Positions 10,120-22,100 of a stretch of DNA of 36,382 nt are shown here, piece by piece (within the stretch, counting starts at the first letter, position 1; each line of letters starts with the position of its first letter). This stretch comes from Macrostomum lignano (Eukaryota), in NCBI GenBank assembly GCA_002269645.1, contig NIVC01002824.1, positions 1 to 36,382 on the forward strand. The letters run 5' to 3'. A program made the position numbers and the translations under genes. Under the pieces are notes generated by a model. The model saw only the letters and a list, made by a program, of their open reading frames with translations. It was not told the origin of the DNA and made no database searches.

Positions 10120-12946
10120 TCAAGCGCTTTCAACGGAAGCAGCCGCTGCGGCCCAGAGGTCCCGGACGATGAGCAGCGCACGGATCAGGCAGAGCCGGCA
10201 GCGCAGGCGGAGCCAGTCGCGCCAGTCGGCGGCTGCCCAGCTGGCCTCGGCCAGGGTGCGCAGGCAGGCGTCCGTCAGCAGGGTGAAAGACAGGCCGGGC
10301 CCGAACCTCTGCCGGCCCGTCAGGCGGTGCTCGATGCCTCTGAGCAGGTCGTTGGCTTTGAATAGCAGCAGCATCTGCCGGGGCACCGACTCCAGCACCT
10401 GCGTCATCTGCGGCAGGAGGCGACCGGCCTCCGACTGAATGGACTGGGTGGGATGGGGCGGCTCTCTAGGTGTGGGATGGGACGACTCTCAGGTGTGGGA
10501 TGGGGCGGCTCTTAGGTGTGGGATGGGACGACTCTCAGGTGTGGGATGGGGCGGCTCTTAGGTGTGGGATGGGGCGGCTCTCAGGTGTGGGATGGGGCGG
10601 CTCTCAGGTGTGGGATGGGACGACTCTCAGGTGTGGGATGGGACGACTCTCAGGTGTGGGATGGGACGACTCTCAGGTGTGGGATGGGGCGGCTCTCAGG
10701 TGTGGGATGGGGCGGCTCTTAGGTGTGGGATGGGGCGGCTCTCAGGTGTGGGATGGGGCGGCTCTCAGGTGTGGGATGGGGCGGCTCTCAGGTGTGAGAT
10801 AGAGGAGGCTGTCAGGTGTGGGATAGGGAGCGATGCTAAGGTGTGGGATGGGGCAGTTCTGAAATATGTTACAGGGAATATTTCAAGCTCAGCCCGCCTA
10901 CCAGCTCCTCCTCAGTGGAGAACTCGCTCCGGCTGACTCCGGCAGAGACGGCCCGCCAGGAGCGGCCGCTGACCATGCAGGCGAACAGGCCGTAGAGATG
11001 GCCGCAGCCCAGGCTGTCAGCGCTGGCCCGGATGCCGGCCAAGTCGCCGTCTATGATGGCGCGCCACAGCCGGCAGTAGCTGAGTCGGAAGTCCGGCGTC
11101 AGCTGGTTGTAGAGGCCGTGGTCTAACAGCACTATGCGGACTCCTGCGAATGGTTGAGTTAGAATGGTAGTGTAAGCATTGGTATCAGTAGTATCGTCAG
11201 TAGTATCGTCAGTAGTATCGTCAGTAGTATTATCAGTAGCATTATCAGTAGTATTAGCAGTAGTGTCATCTCAGTAGCATTATCAGTAGTATCATCAGTA
11301 GTATCATCAGTAGTATCATCAGTAGTATCATCAGTAGTATCATCAGTAGTATCATCAGTAGTATCATCAGTAGTATCATCAGTAGTATCATCAGTAGTAT
11401 CATCAGTAGTATCATCAGTAGTATCACCAGTAGTATCATCAGTAGTATCACCAGTAGTATTATCAGTAGTATTATCAGTAGTAATATCAGAAGTATCTTT
11501 AGTAGTATTATCAAAGTATTAGCAGTAGTATCATCAGCAGTAGTATCAGTAGCAGCAGCAGCCGAGCACTAACCGGAAGGCAGTGCAGGGTCGGGCCGCA
11601 CCAGGAGATTGCCGGGATGAGGGTCGCTGTGCACGAAGCCGCAGTCGAACATCATGCAGCTGTACAGCTGGTTCACCTGCTTCACAATCTGGCGCCTGTC
11701 CAGCCGGTTGGAGCTGATGTACGCCAGGTCGTCAATCTGGCCGCCCCGGCACAGCTCCATGACCAGCACCCGCTTGCTGACCAGGCCGGCCACCGCGCCC
11801 GGAACCTCCAGCCAGGGGAAGCGGCCGCAGTACAGCCGCCGGGCCAGTCGCATGTTCTCGGCCTCGGCGGCGAAGTCCAGCTCGCGCGGCAAATTCCGTC
11901 GGGTCTCGTCGACCAGCCATTGAAAGTGAAAGTCGACGAATAGGCGGGACACCAGGCCCACCAGCCAGTCCATGGTGGCCATGTCGGCCGCGGACCTGGC
12001 CAGCACGTCCGGGTGCTGCACCTTCACCGCCACCGGCGTGCCGTCCAGCAGCTCCGCCCGGTGCACCTGCGCCAGGCTGGCGGCGCCGCACGGTGACGGG
12101 TCGATGCTGCGGAATATGCTGTGCGCCTGGGGATCAGGGAATGGGGCTGAGGGGATCAGGGAATGGGCTGAGGGGATCAGGGAATGGGCTGAGGGGATCA
12201 GGGAATGGGCTGAGGGGATCAGGGAATGGGGCTGAGGGGATCAGGGAATGGGGCTGAGGGGATCAGGGATTGGGGCTGAGGGGATCAGGGAATGGGCTGA
12301 GGGATCAAGGAATGGGCTGAGGGGATCAGGGAATGGGCTGAGGGGATCAGGGATTGGGGCTGAGGGGATCAGGGAATGGGGCTGAGGGGATCAGGGAATG
12401 GGGCTGAGGGGATCAGACAATGGGGCTGAAGGGAACAGATAGATGGGATCCTGTGGGGATTGGTAAGTCAGAGTCACAGACGTGAAGTGGTGATAGAACA
12501 GAAGCAATAAACGCCCCCCCTCTCACCGGCCGGCCAAAGTCCTCCTCGATGACCTGGCGAACCTCTTCAATATTGGAGGCCGGCGCGTCGCTGTGCAGGC
12601 GGCCCAGCACCCGGGTGTAGGGCTCCGGCAGCAGGTAATTAAGTGCGGCCAGGTGCTGCCCGACTTTGACGAAGCAGCCGCGGTTGACGCAGCACAGCCG
12701 GTGCAGCCGGTTGGCCGAGCGCTCGTGCACCTCGGCGATGACGGCCGCGTATTCCGGACTGTCCGGGACTAGGCCGGACAGGCTCCATTTGTAGTCGGCG
12801 GCGACCCGGGCGACGATGAGGCCGGCCCGACCAAATCTGAGGACGCCTCGGACACCTTGGCCAGCAACGGGGTCCGAGTTTGAGTAGCTGGCCGCTGCCG
12901 CTGCCGCTGCCGCCGTGACCGCGACTGCCACTGCTCTGCGGTGATG
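10120..12946 (-). CDS. ADCK1: AarF domain-containing kinase 1 (UbiB/ABC1 family)
   Basis: Exons 12946(5' end uncertain)-12527, 12126-11574, 11143-10902, 10443-10120; all GT-AG and phase-consistent, ~515 aa. Motifs: CFVKVGQHLAALNYLLPE (KxGQ), GAASLAQVH, VAVKVQHP, LPRELDF, GFVHSDPHPGN, VLLDHGLY, VPRQMLLLFKANDLLRGIE. These closely match vertebrate ADCK1. Confidence 0.95.
10447..10860. repeat. 23-bp minisatellite CAGGTGTGGGATGGGGCGGCTCT, ~16 copies
   Basis: ADCK1 last intron. Confidence 0.95.
11185..11550. repeat. 12-bp repeat AGTAGTATCATC
   Basis: ADCK1 intron; explains the MILL-repeat ORF. Confidence 0.95.
12128..12430. repeat. 21-22-bp G-rich minisatellite GGGGATCAGGGAATGGG(G)CTGA, ~13 copies
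   Basis: ADCK1 intron. Confidence 0.95.
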
Positions 12947-13075
12947 CTGCAAGGTGCCGGGTTTCACCCACTCTGGCGGTTAACCAGCGGCTCGCACCTT
13001 AACGTTACCTGGTTGGGCCTTGTATGACCCTTCCCTGACCCTGGTGATCGCATCTGAGTAAGGCTTGACCCTGAC

Positions 13076-13235
13076 CTCACCTGACCCAAGCCCTACCTGA
13101 CCCAAGTCCAACCTGACCCAAGTCCCACCTGACCCAAGTCCCACCTGACCCAAGTCCCACCTGACCTAAGTCCCACCTGACTCAAGTCCCACCTGACCCA
13201 AGTCCCACCTGACCCAAGTCCCACGTGACTCAGGC
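13076..13235. repeat. 16-bp minisatellite CTGACCCAAGTCCCAC, ~9 copies
   Basis: Immediately upstream of ADCK1. Confidence 0.9.
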
Positions 13236-14119
13236 CTGACAAAACTCAGAAAAGACAAAAAACAAATAACTGGAATTTCTTCAATGATATGCTTGGGTAA
13301 ATATACTCGTAAAAAACTGAATATATTATAGATAGTTTACTCAAAAGATCCAGCTATGTCATAAGTCAAAAATTACTTAATTCGACTTAACAAAACCATT
13401 AAGATTAAGCTCTCAATTAATTTTAGACAATTAATTGACCAATTGCCAGCTTTAAAATGAGCCAAAAAAATCAAACATATGATTTATCACGAGATTAACA
13501 ATAAATTGCACAATTAATCTATATTAATGATCAATTACTTGTGGCACATAGCTTTAGCTAGATTACTTTCACTGGAAGAGTCTGCTTATTAAGATGTCTG
13601 TAGCAAAGCAGGAATATCGATAATAATAAAAAACTTACACAAAGCGACCGGGAATCAGAGGTTGAAATCATAGAAATGTCATAGTTCATGAAGCAAGCAA
13701 ATTTAGCTAAGTTGATTATTAATATTAAGACAGCTTATAAAATCAAGTTTAAAACAACTTCAAGAAACAAGTGACTTATATAACACAGTGAACATTTTGT
13801 GATTAACTGTTGCGTTAGTGGAGACGAGTGAAGCCTGGGATTAACACTGCCTTATAACACTTGATAAGTATGTTAAAATGAACAATTAAAATACTGGCAT
13901 ATTACTTCTGAGTAGCAATATTCGCGCATAGGTTTAAACAGTTGATAAAGTCACTTGAATTCTGCCCATCCAGCTGACTGCTGAGCACATACAAGTGCGC
14001 CAGTACTGTACGCAGGTACGCACTCTGTGCACCTGCAGTCTTCTGCTACTCATAGTAATAAAAAATCGGTACACGATTGACAATATTGGAATTAAAAAAG
14101 TACAGCTCAACAAACTCGG

Positions 14120-17100
14120 TCAGGCCAGAGGACTCTGCTGATCCAGCAGCTCTCGCTGCCTGTGCATCAGTTCTTGTTCTACTCGATAAACCCGCCTAGT
14201 TAGACGATTATTGCGCAATCGCAGGTAGCCAATTAGGGAGGCCTGCCTAGCCAGGAGCTCGTCCATGGGATGCGGCTGCTGCTGAGAATGCTGACGATTC
14301 AGAACTGTACTACTTGAAGAAGACGACAAGCCAACGTCAGCAACTGACAGCTTGCCACCAGTGGATGTGGTGAAGGAGCCGAATGGATCGTCAGGTTCTG
14401 TCTCGGCGGCATCAGCCAGCTGCTGATGACCCTCCGAGTAGGCGTCAGGCTGAGGCGATGCGGCCACCGACTGCCGCAGACGGCGCAGCAGCCACAGCAG
14501 CAGGCAGGAGTAGACCAGAGACTCGCAGGCCACCACCAGCATGACCAGATGCTGCGGGTAGAGCGGGCCCAGGCAGGCAGATCCGGTCGAGCTGTCGCCG
14601 CCGCCGATGGGGCAAAGCGACGCGGAGAAGCTGAGCATAGCGGAGAGGCCGGCTGTGACTGCGGGAATCTCAGCGGGGAGTGGGAATGGACCGCGTGTCA
14701 CTTGTCAAATTTTAACGCCCTCTGTAGATGAAATTGCGCCCCCTCAGATGACATGGCGCTTTTACTCAGATGAAATTGCGCCCCCTCAGATGACATGGCG
14801 CTTCCCTCAGATGACATGGCGCTTCCCTCAGATGAAATGGCGCTTCCCTCAGATGAAATGGCGCTTCCCTCAGATGACATGGCGCCCCCTCTCAGATGAC
14901 ATGGCGTCCTCTCAAATTAAATTGCGCCCCTCAGATGAAATTGCGCCCCCTCAGATGACATGGCGCTTCCCTCAGATGACATGGCGCTTCCCTCAGATGA
15001 AATGGCGCTTCCCTCAGATGACATGGCGCTTCCCTCAGATGACATGGCGCTTCCCTCAGATGAAATGGCGCTTCCCTCAGATGAAATGGCGCTTCCCTCA
15101 GATGACATGGCGCTTCCCTCAGATGACATGGCGCTTCCCTCAGATGAAATGGCGCTTCCCTCAGATGACATGGCGCCCCCTCTCAGATGACATGGCGTCC
15201 TCTCAAATTAAATTGCGCCCCTCAGATGAAATTGCGCCCCCTCAGATGACATGGCGCTTCCCTCAGATGACATGGCGCTTCCCTCAGATGACATGGCGCT
15301 TCCCTTAGATGACATGGCGCTTCCCTCAGATGAAATGGCGCTTCCCTCAGATGACATGGCGCCCCCTCTCAGATGACATGGCGTCCTCTCAAATTAAATT
15401 GCGCCCCTCAGATGAAACTGCGCCCCCTCAGGTAAATTGGCGACCCTAAATGAGTGGCACCCCCATAGATGACATAAAGCCCACTCAATTTGAAGCCTTT
15501 TATTCTTTAGCTTTTAAATTGGCCTCACTTGTGAACGCCGGTTGTGATCGAGCCCTTTAATATAAAAATAAATTATATTTTAAGGAGCTGACTGCTGAGC
15601 ACACACAAGCGCGCCAATGCTGTACGCAGGCACGCACTCACAAACACGCTCACCCAGGGTGTACAGCAGCCCTGACTTTCTGATCGTCAGGCATGTACAC
15701 TCTCAGGCATGTGCACTCTCAGGCATGTACACTCTCAGGCATGTACACTCTCAGGCATGTACACTCTCAGGCATGTACACTCTCAGGCATGTACACTCTC
15801 AGGCATGTACACTCTCAGGCATGTACACTCTCAGGCATGTGCACTCTCAGGCATGTACACTCTCAGGCATGTACACTCTCAGGCATGTACACTCAGGCAT
15901 GTGCACTCTCAGGCATGTACACTCTCAGGCATGTACACTCTCAGGCATGTACACTCTCAGGCATGTACACTCTCAGGCATGTACACTCTCAGGCATGTAC
16001 ACTCTCAGGCATGTGCACTCTCAGGCATGTACACTCTCAGGCATGTACACTCTCAGGCATGTACACTCAGGCATGTGCACTCTCAGGCATGTACACTCTC
16101 AGGCATGTACACTCTCAGGCATGTACACTCTCAGGCATGTTCACTCTCAGGCATGTACACTCTCAGGCATGTACACTCTCAGGCATGTACACTCTCAGGC
16201 ATGTTCACTCTCAGGCATGTACACTCTCAGGCATGTACACTCTCAGGCATGTACACTCTCAGGCATGTACACTCTCAGGCATGTACACTCTCAGGCATGT
16301 ACACTCTCAGGCATGTTCACTCTCAGGCATTTACACTCTCAGGCATGTACACTCTCAGGCATGTACACAATTTTCCTAGAATCAGAAGGCAGCCTTCAAA
16401 TACAGCTGAGGCTGGCACCAGCTACTCACAGCAGGCGCAGGTATAGAATGGCAGCCTGGCATAGCGCAGGCAGCAGCGGGCCACGCTGAGGTAGCCCGAG
16501 CGGGTCATTTGCCGACAGAACCAAAGCAGGCAGCCCTGGCAGGTCAGGGCCAAGCCGAACTGCAGACAGTTAATGCTAGCCGAATAAGCCAACTGCAGTT
16601 GCCAGGCGCACATTGGCTCCGAGCTGCCGGCAGTGGTGCTGTTGGGTGGCCGCTTGAACCAGGAAAATATTGCGGTGCAGCTGTACGGCAGCCAGAAGTG
16701 AACTGAGGACAGCACGAGCTGCGGGACAGGCGGAACAGGTTCACTTAGTATATAGTGGGGCGGTAGGCAGGCACGCGCTCTTACAGGGTGTACATGTACA
16801 TCTGCGCTCACTTTCCATCGTAGGGGAGTTTTCGCCACATTAAATAGATCGATTAGGAGGCCAAGGCATTCTAAAGTTTATCTTGTACGAAACCCCAGTG
16901 TTTGTTAAGTTCAGGTGACCATGCCGAGTTAACATTATCATATCATAATGATTCAGAATGCTTTGATCTCCCTATCGATCTACTTAATGTTAAACATCGT
17001 CATCATCATAATCATTATGATTAATCATCATCATAACCATTAAGCATCATCATCATCATCATCATCATCAGAATAACCATTATGATCTCACATCATCATC

Positions 17101-17797
17101 ATCATCAGAATAATCATTATGATCTCACATCATCATCATCAGAATAATCATCATGATCTCACATCATCATCATCATGATCTCACATCATCATCATCATGA
17201 TCATGAACATCATGATCATCAGAACAATCATCATGATCTCACATCATCATCATCAGAACAATCATTATGACGAATCAGCTCAATCTCTAAGAAACTGACA
17301 ATAAGATATCCGCAGTCACAGTACAAGACTTTGCATACACCATTCATCGAGTTTTTTATCTGAAAAAACTATAATTCCCTAAAGCTGTTTCACCTGAGCC
17401 CGGAGACTGCGACCTCCATGTTTACAGAATCCATATACCTAACAAACTGTTTGAAATCAATAGACTATAACACCACCAGTCGGCAGCTCACATAGCCCAG
17501 CAGTGTGGCAATGCAGAAGCAGACGCAAAACAAATCCGGCCGTCTGTGTCGAAAGCGCCGGAAGCAGCAGCTGCAGCACAGGCCGCTGCCCTCAGCGTCC
17601 TCTGCGTCGTTTAACTTATCGAATCTCTCGCTACTGGGACTAAACCGAATCCTAAAGGCGTGTTGCCGGCCTGACAGCAGCGGAACCGTCGGCGACGAAT
17701 ATTCGCCGTTATTGTCGGCGCCGTTAGAGTCGCTGTCGTAATTCGCTAGGTTGACGGGCAGTGTTGCCGGCTGTGGCTGCTGTTGGCTGATGGCCAA
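14120..17797 (-). CDS. TMEM192: Transmembrane protein 192-like (lysosomal membrane protein)
   Basis: Exons ~17800(start unresolved)-17492, 16718-16430, 14658-14120; GT-AG and phase-consistent. Similarity to human TMEM192: PLLSGRQHAFRIRF vs PLL...HFRPRF; RQMTRSGYLSV vs KIRNRGYNLI; LVVACESLVYSCLLLWLLRRL...SPQPD vs [20 protein letters not shown]...KPEPD; DELLARQASLIGYLRLRNNRLTRRV vs [25 protein letters not shown]. Confidence 0.8.
14725..15435. repeat. 21-bp minisatellite CCTCAGATGAMATGGCGCTTC with periodic variant blocks
   Basis: TMEM192 intron 2. Confidence 0.95.
15689..16368. repeat. 16-bp minisatellite TCTCAGGCATGTACAC, ~42 copies
   Basis: TMEM192 intron 2. Confidence 0.97.
16995..17270. 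repeat. Compound (CAT)n microsatellite with AGAATAATCATTATGATCTCAC interruptions
   Basis: TMEM192 intron 1. Confidence 0.9.
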
Positions 17798-17871
17798 CGA
17801 ACCGGAGGCAGCCGATCTTAGCGAAGACAGAAGTCGTTTTTGTTATGATTCTTTTTAGATTTACTCCGCTG

Positions 17872-17941
17872 GCTGAGTAGCTAACTGAGTAGCTAACTGA
17901 GTAGCTAACTGAGTAGCTAATTGAGTAGCTAACTGAGTAGA
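17872..17941. repeat. 12-bp repeat GAGTAGCTAACT, ~6 copies
   Basis: Same family as the arrays at 20845-21885. Confidence 0.9.
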
Positions 17942-18153
17942 TAACATAGTAGTGCTTAGGCATGCATGCATAGTACAAATACAATAATACTACTTCAATT
18001 AATAACAGTAGTCAGTTTGGGGGGTCTTTGGGCGCTGTCGCAAATTAAGACGACAGTCGACCCGCAGCCAGTGAAAAGGCAACAAGCCTTTCATGCCCAT
18101 TGCGCTGGCAGGGGTCACACAGGGTGCAAAGCGGCCCTGACTTTCTAACAGAC

Positions 18154-18219
<66 letters not shown>

Positions 18220-18220
18220 C

Positions 18221-18287
<67 letters not shown>

Positions 18288-18333
18288 ATAGTAGTAGTAG
18301 TAGCAGTAGTAGTAGTAATAGTAGTAGTAGTAA

Positions 18334-18372
<39 letters not shown>

Positions 18373-18373
18373 C

Positions 18374-18423
<50 letters not shown>

Positions 18424-18424
18424 C

Positions 18425-18462
<38 letters not shown>

Positions 18463-18493
18463 CAGTAGTAGTAGTAGTAGCAGTAGTAGTAGT
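18154..18493. repeat. (TAG)n microsatellite, ~113 units
   Basis: Near-perfect, with sparse CAG/TAA variants. Confidence 0.99.
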
Positions 18494-18613
18494 CTTTGAT
18501 GTAGCTCTGCCCTGCTACTAATACTATCTCAACTAGCAGCTAACAGCAAAGTAAAAGAAAGCAGACTAGGGGTACAGAAAAAACCCCAATACTGTTTTTT
18601 AGTAAAAACATAT

Positions 18614-18619
18614 TTTATT
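18614..18619 (-). terminator. Candidate polyadenylation signal AATAAA for EDC4
   Basis: First TTTATT (+ strand) below the EDC4 stop, ~490 nt downstream. Confidence 0.5.
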
Positions 18620-19103
18620 TACTTGGCCAAGCAAGCGTCGGAACAGAGGTTAAGTAACAAAGAAACAAGGGGACACAGGAATTTTTTAAAAAAGTAACAA
18701 GATCAACGAGACTGAGAGCTGCTGAATAAGAAAATAGCCACACAGGTATACGTATATATTAAAGCAACACCTTAGCACACGCACCGGTTGCTACAAGCTA
18801 TAGTACGGGGGGAGGAGGAGAGGGGAGGAGGGGAGGAGGAGAGGGGAGGAGGGGGAGAGAGAAGGAAAGGGAGGTAAGAGAGTAGAGAGGCGAGAGAAGA
18901 GACACACAGCAGCAGTACCAGCTGCGGTTAGCGGCATAAATATTAATTCTGAATAAACAACAGTAATAAAATAACGCCAACTTTTGAAACAACAAATTTG
19001 AACAGTAAAACTGCTAATAAAACACTTGCACTACAGAGTCGATAAACTTCATGTTAGAGTCGAATTGTGTTTAAGAAATGCGGAGAATCAAGCCGAGAGC
19101 GAT

Positions 19104-22100
19104 CTACACCAGGTGCTCATTGATGAATCCGGTAGCCAGCATGCGGACTCGTCGAACCGTGCGGTAAGCGAACTGGTCGGTGGGGTCGCAGTTCAGCTCG
19201 TCAATTCGTTTGACCAGGTGCTGCAGTACTCGCTTGCCGTGCTCGCGGACCACCGACTCCTCTGGGCGGAGATAGTCGAATGACTCCTGGGTTCGGGTGG
19301 GTTGCGGGATGGGGCGGCTCAATGACTCACTCAGTGCCACAGTGACTCACTCAGTGCCACACAGTGACTCACTCAATGCAAGACAGTGACTCACTCAATG
19401 CCACACAGTGACTCACTCAATGCAACACAGTGACTCACTCAATGCCACACAGTGACTCACTCAATGCCACACAGTGACTCACTCAATGCAACACAGTGAC
19501 TCACTCAATGCCACACAGTGACTCACTCAATGCAACACAGTGACTCACTCAATGCCACACAGTGACTCACTCAATGCCACACAGTGACTCACTCAATGCA
19601 ACACAGTGACTCACTCAATGCAACACAGTGACTCACTCAATGCAACACAGTGACTCACTCAATGCAACACAGTGACTCACTCAATGCAACACAGTGACTC
19701 ACTCAATGCCACACAGTGACTCACTCAATGCAACACAGTGACTCACTCAGTGCAACACAGTGACTCACTCAATGCAACACAGTGACTCACTCAATGCAAC
19801 ACAGTGACTCACTCAATGCAACACAGTGACTCACTCAGTGCAACACAGTGACTCACTCAATGCAACACAGTGACTCACTCAATGCAACACAGTGACTCAC
19901 TCAATGCAACACAGTGACTCACTCAATGCAACACAGTGACTCACTCAATGCAACACAGTGACTCACTCAATGCAACACAGTGACTCACTCAATGCAACAC
20001 AGTGACTCACTCAGTGCAACACAGTGACTCACTCAATGCAACACAGTGACTCACTCAATGCAACACAGTGACTCACTCAATGCAACACAGTGACTCACTC
20101 AGTGCAACACAGTGACTCACTCAATGACCTATTGACTAACTCAGTTATAACGACCCACTAATGACCTACCTACTGATGACTCGATGCATTCAATGACACT
20201 GAATGACTCGCTCAATGACTTAATGACCACTCATGACCCGACCCACTCGGTTACCTGCAGATAGTCGCACTTCAACTTGGTCCGCTCAAGCAGGTTTCGT
20301 CCCAGCTGCTGAATCAGCGACAAGATAACCTGCTGCTCCAGATTGGGCGACCGGAACAGGTCAAAAGGTTTGACTCTGTTGCACAGATCCAGCACCAGTT
20401 CGAGTCTAGTAGACGACAGCGCCTCCTTGAAAGCCCGATTGTAGTCTTGCATAGCCAAAGCCGAGTTCACCGCCTCGCGATAGTCTTCTATGCGGCGTTG
20501 CTCCTGCTGCTTCTGCGGCACCGGCGTCACCAGGGTTGAGCGCAGAGCCAGGCGTTGCTGCTGTTGCTGCTGTGTGTCCTGCTGCTGTTGCTGCTGCTGC
20601 TGGAACAGCTGTTGCATCTGTTGCTGCATTTGTTGTTGGAACATCTGCTGCTGCTCCTGCATCAGCCGCTGGTGTTGTTCCAGAAATTGGCGCTGCTGCT
20701 GCTGCTGCTGCTCGCCCAGACGGGCCAGGGAGTTGTCAACCTGAGAGGGAATATTTAGGGAAGGGGATTATCCATGTAATCCTGGTTGATTATTCTGGCG
20801 GTTGAAAGGCCGAGTTGAAGGCGACTATCACGATGGTTCGAGAAGCTACTAAGTAGCTAACTAAGTAGCTAGCTGAGTAGCTGATTGGATAGTTGAGTAG
20901 CTGACCAAGTAGCTAGCTGAGTAGCTGACCAAGTAGCTAGCTGAGTAGCTGACTGAGTAGCTGACTAAGTAGCTAGCTGAGTAGCTGACTAAGTAGCTAG
21001 CTGAGTAGCTGATTGAATAGTTGAGTAGCTGACCAAGTAGCTAGCTGAGTAGCTGACCAAGTAGCTAGCTGAGTAGCTGACCAAGTAGCTAGCTGAGTAG
21101 CTGACCAAGTAGCTAGCTGAGTAGCTGACTGAGTAGCTGACTAAGTAGCTAGCTGCGTAGCTAGCTGAGTAGATAGCGATTGTCTAAAAAACGGCATTCT
21201 CACCTCCTTCCGAATAGACTCGGCAGTGGAGCGCAGATCAGATTTCACATCGGTGCAGGCAGCTTTCAGACTGCTAATCTCCTTGTTCTTAACCAGAGTC
21301 TGCTCTCTGGCAATGGCCTCGGTCTCTTCACGCACCTTAGCTATGAGTTCGTTGAGACCTGCGCTGAAAGCGGTGTTAAGCTGCGTGAACAGCTCCTGGC
21401 TCATCTGTTCCAGCCGGGGGAACAACAGGTTGTTGCACATGTCCTTGTAGGCATTCACCAGGGGGCCCTGGATTGCAAATTGGTTGTAGAGAAACAATAA
21501 ATATCAATGTTCGATTCCGCAGCGCGGGTGACGAACGGAACTAGCTGAGTAGCTGAGTAGCTAACTGAATAGCTGAGTAGCTAACTGAGTAGCTGAGTAG
21601 CTAACTGAGTAGCTGAGTAGCTAACTGAGTAGCTGAGTAGCTAACTGAGTAGCCAACTGAGTAGTTAGCTGAATAGCCAACTGAGTAGCTAGCTGAGTAG
21701 CTGACTGAGTAGCTAGCTGAGTAGCTAGCTGAGTAGCCAGTTGAGTAGCTAGCTGAGTAGCTAGCTGAGTAGCTAGCTGAGTAGCCAGTTGAGTAGCAAG
21801 CTGAGTAGCTAGCTGAGTAGCTAGTTGAGTAGCCAACTGACCGGCTGACTGAGTAGCTAAGTGACTAATTGACTAACTAACAAGTAGCTAAACTAACAAA
21901 CTAAGAACTAAAGAAACAGCAATCAAAACATAGAAAGATCTGCTCACCTGCACACACTGAGCAGTGGTTTTGCCAATAGTATCAACGGTGCCTTTCGATC
22001 GAATAAACTTAGTGATATTTTCCTGGACGGCGGCATTCGTAGCCGACATCTCCCGGTGCACCTCGTCGCGGACCTCCTGCTGCAGCCGGTCAAGCGAAGT

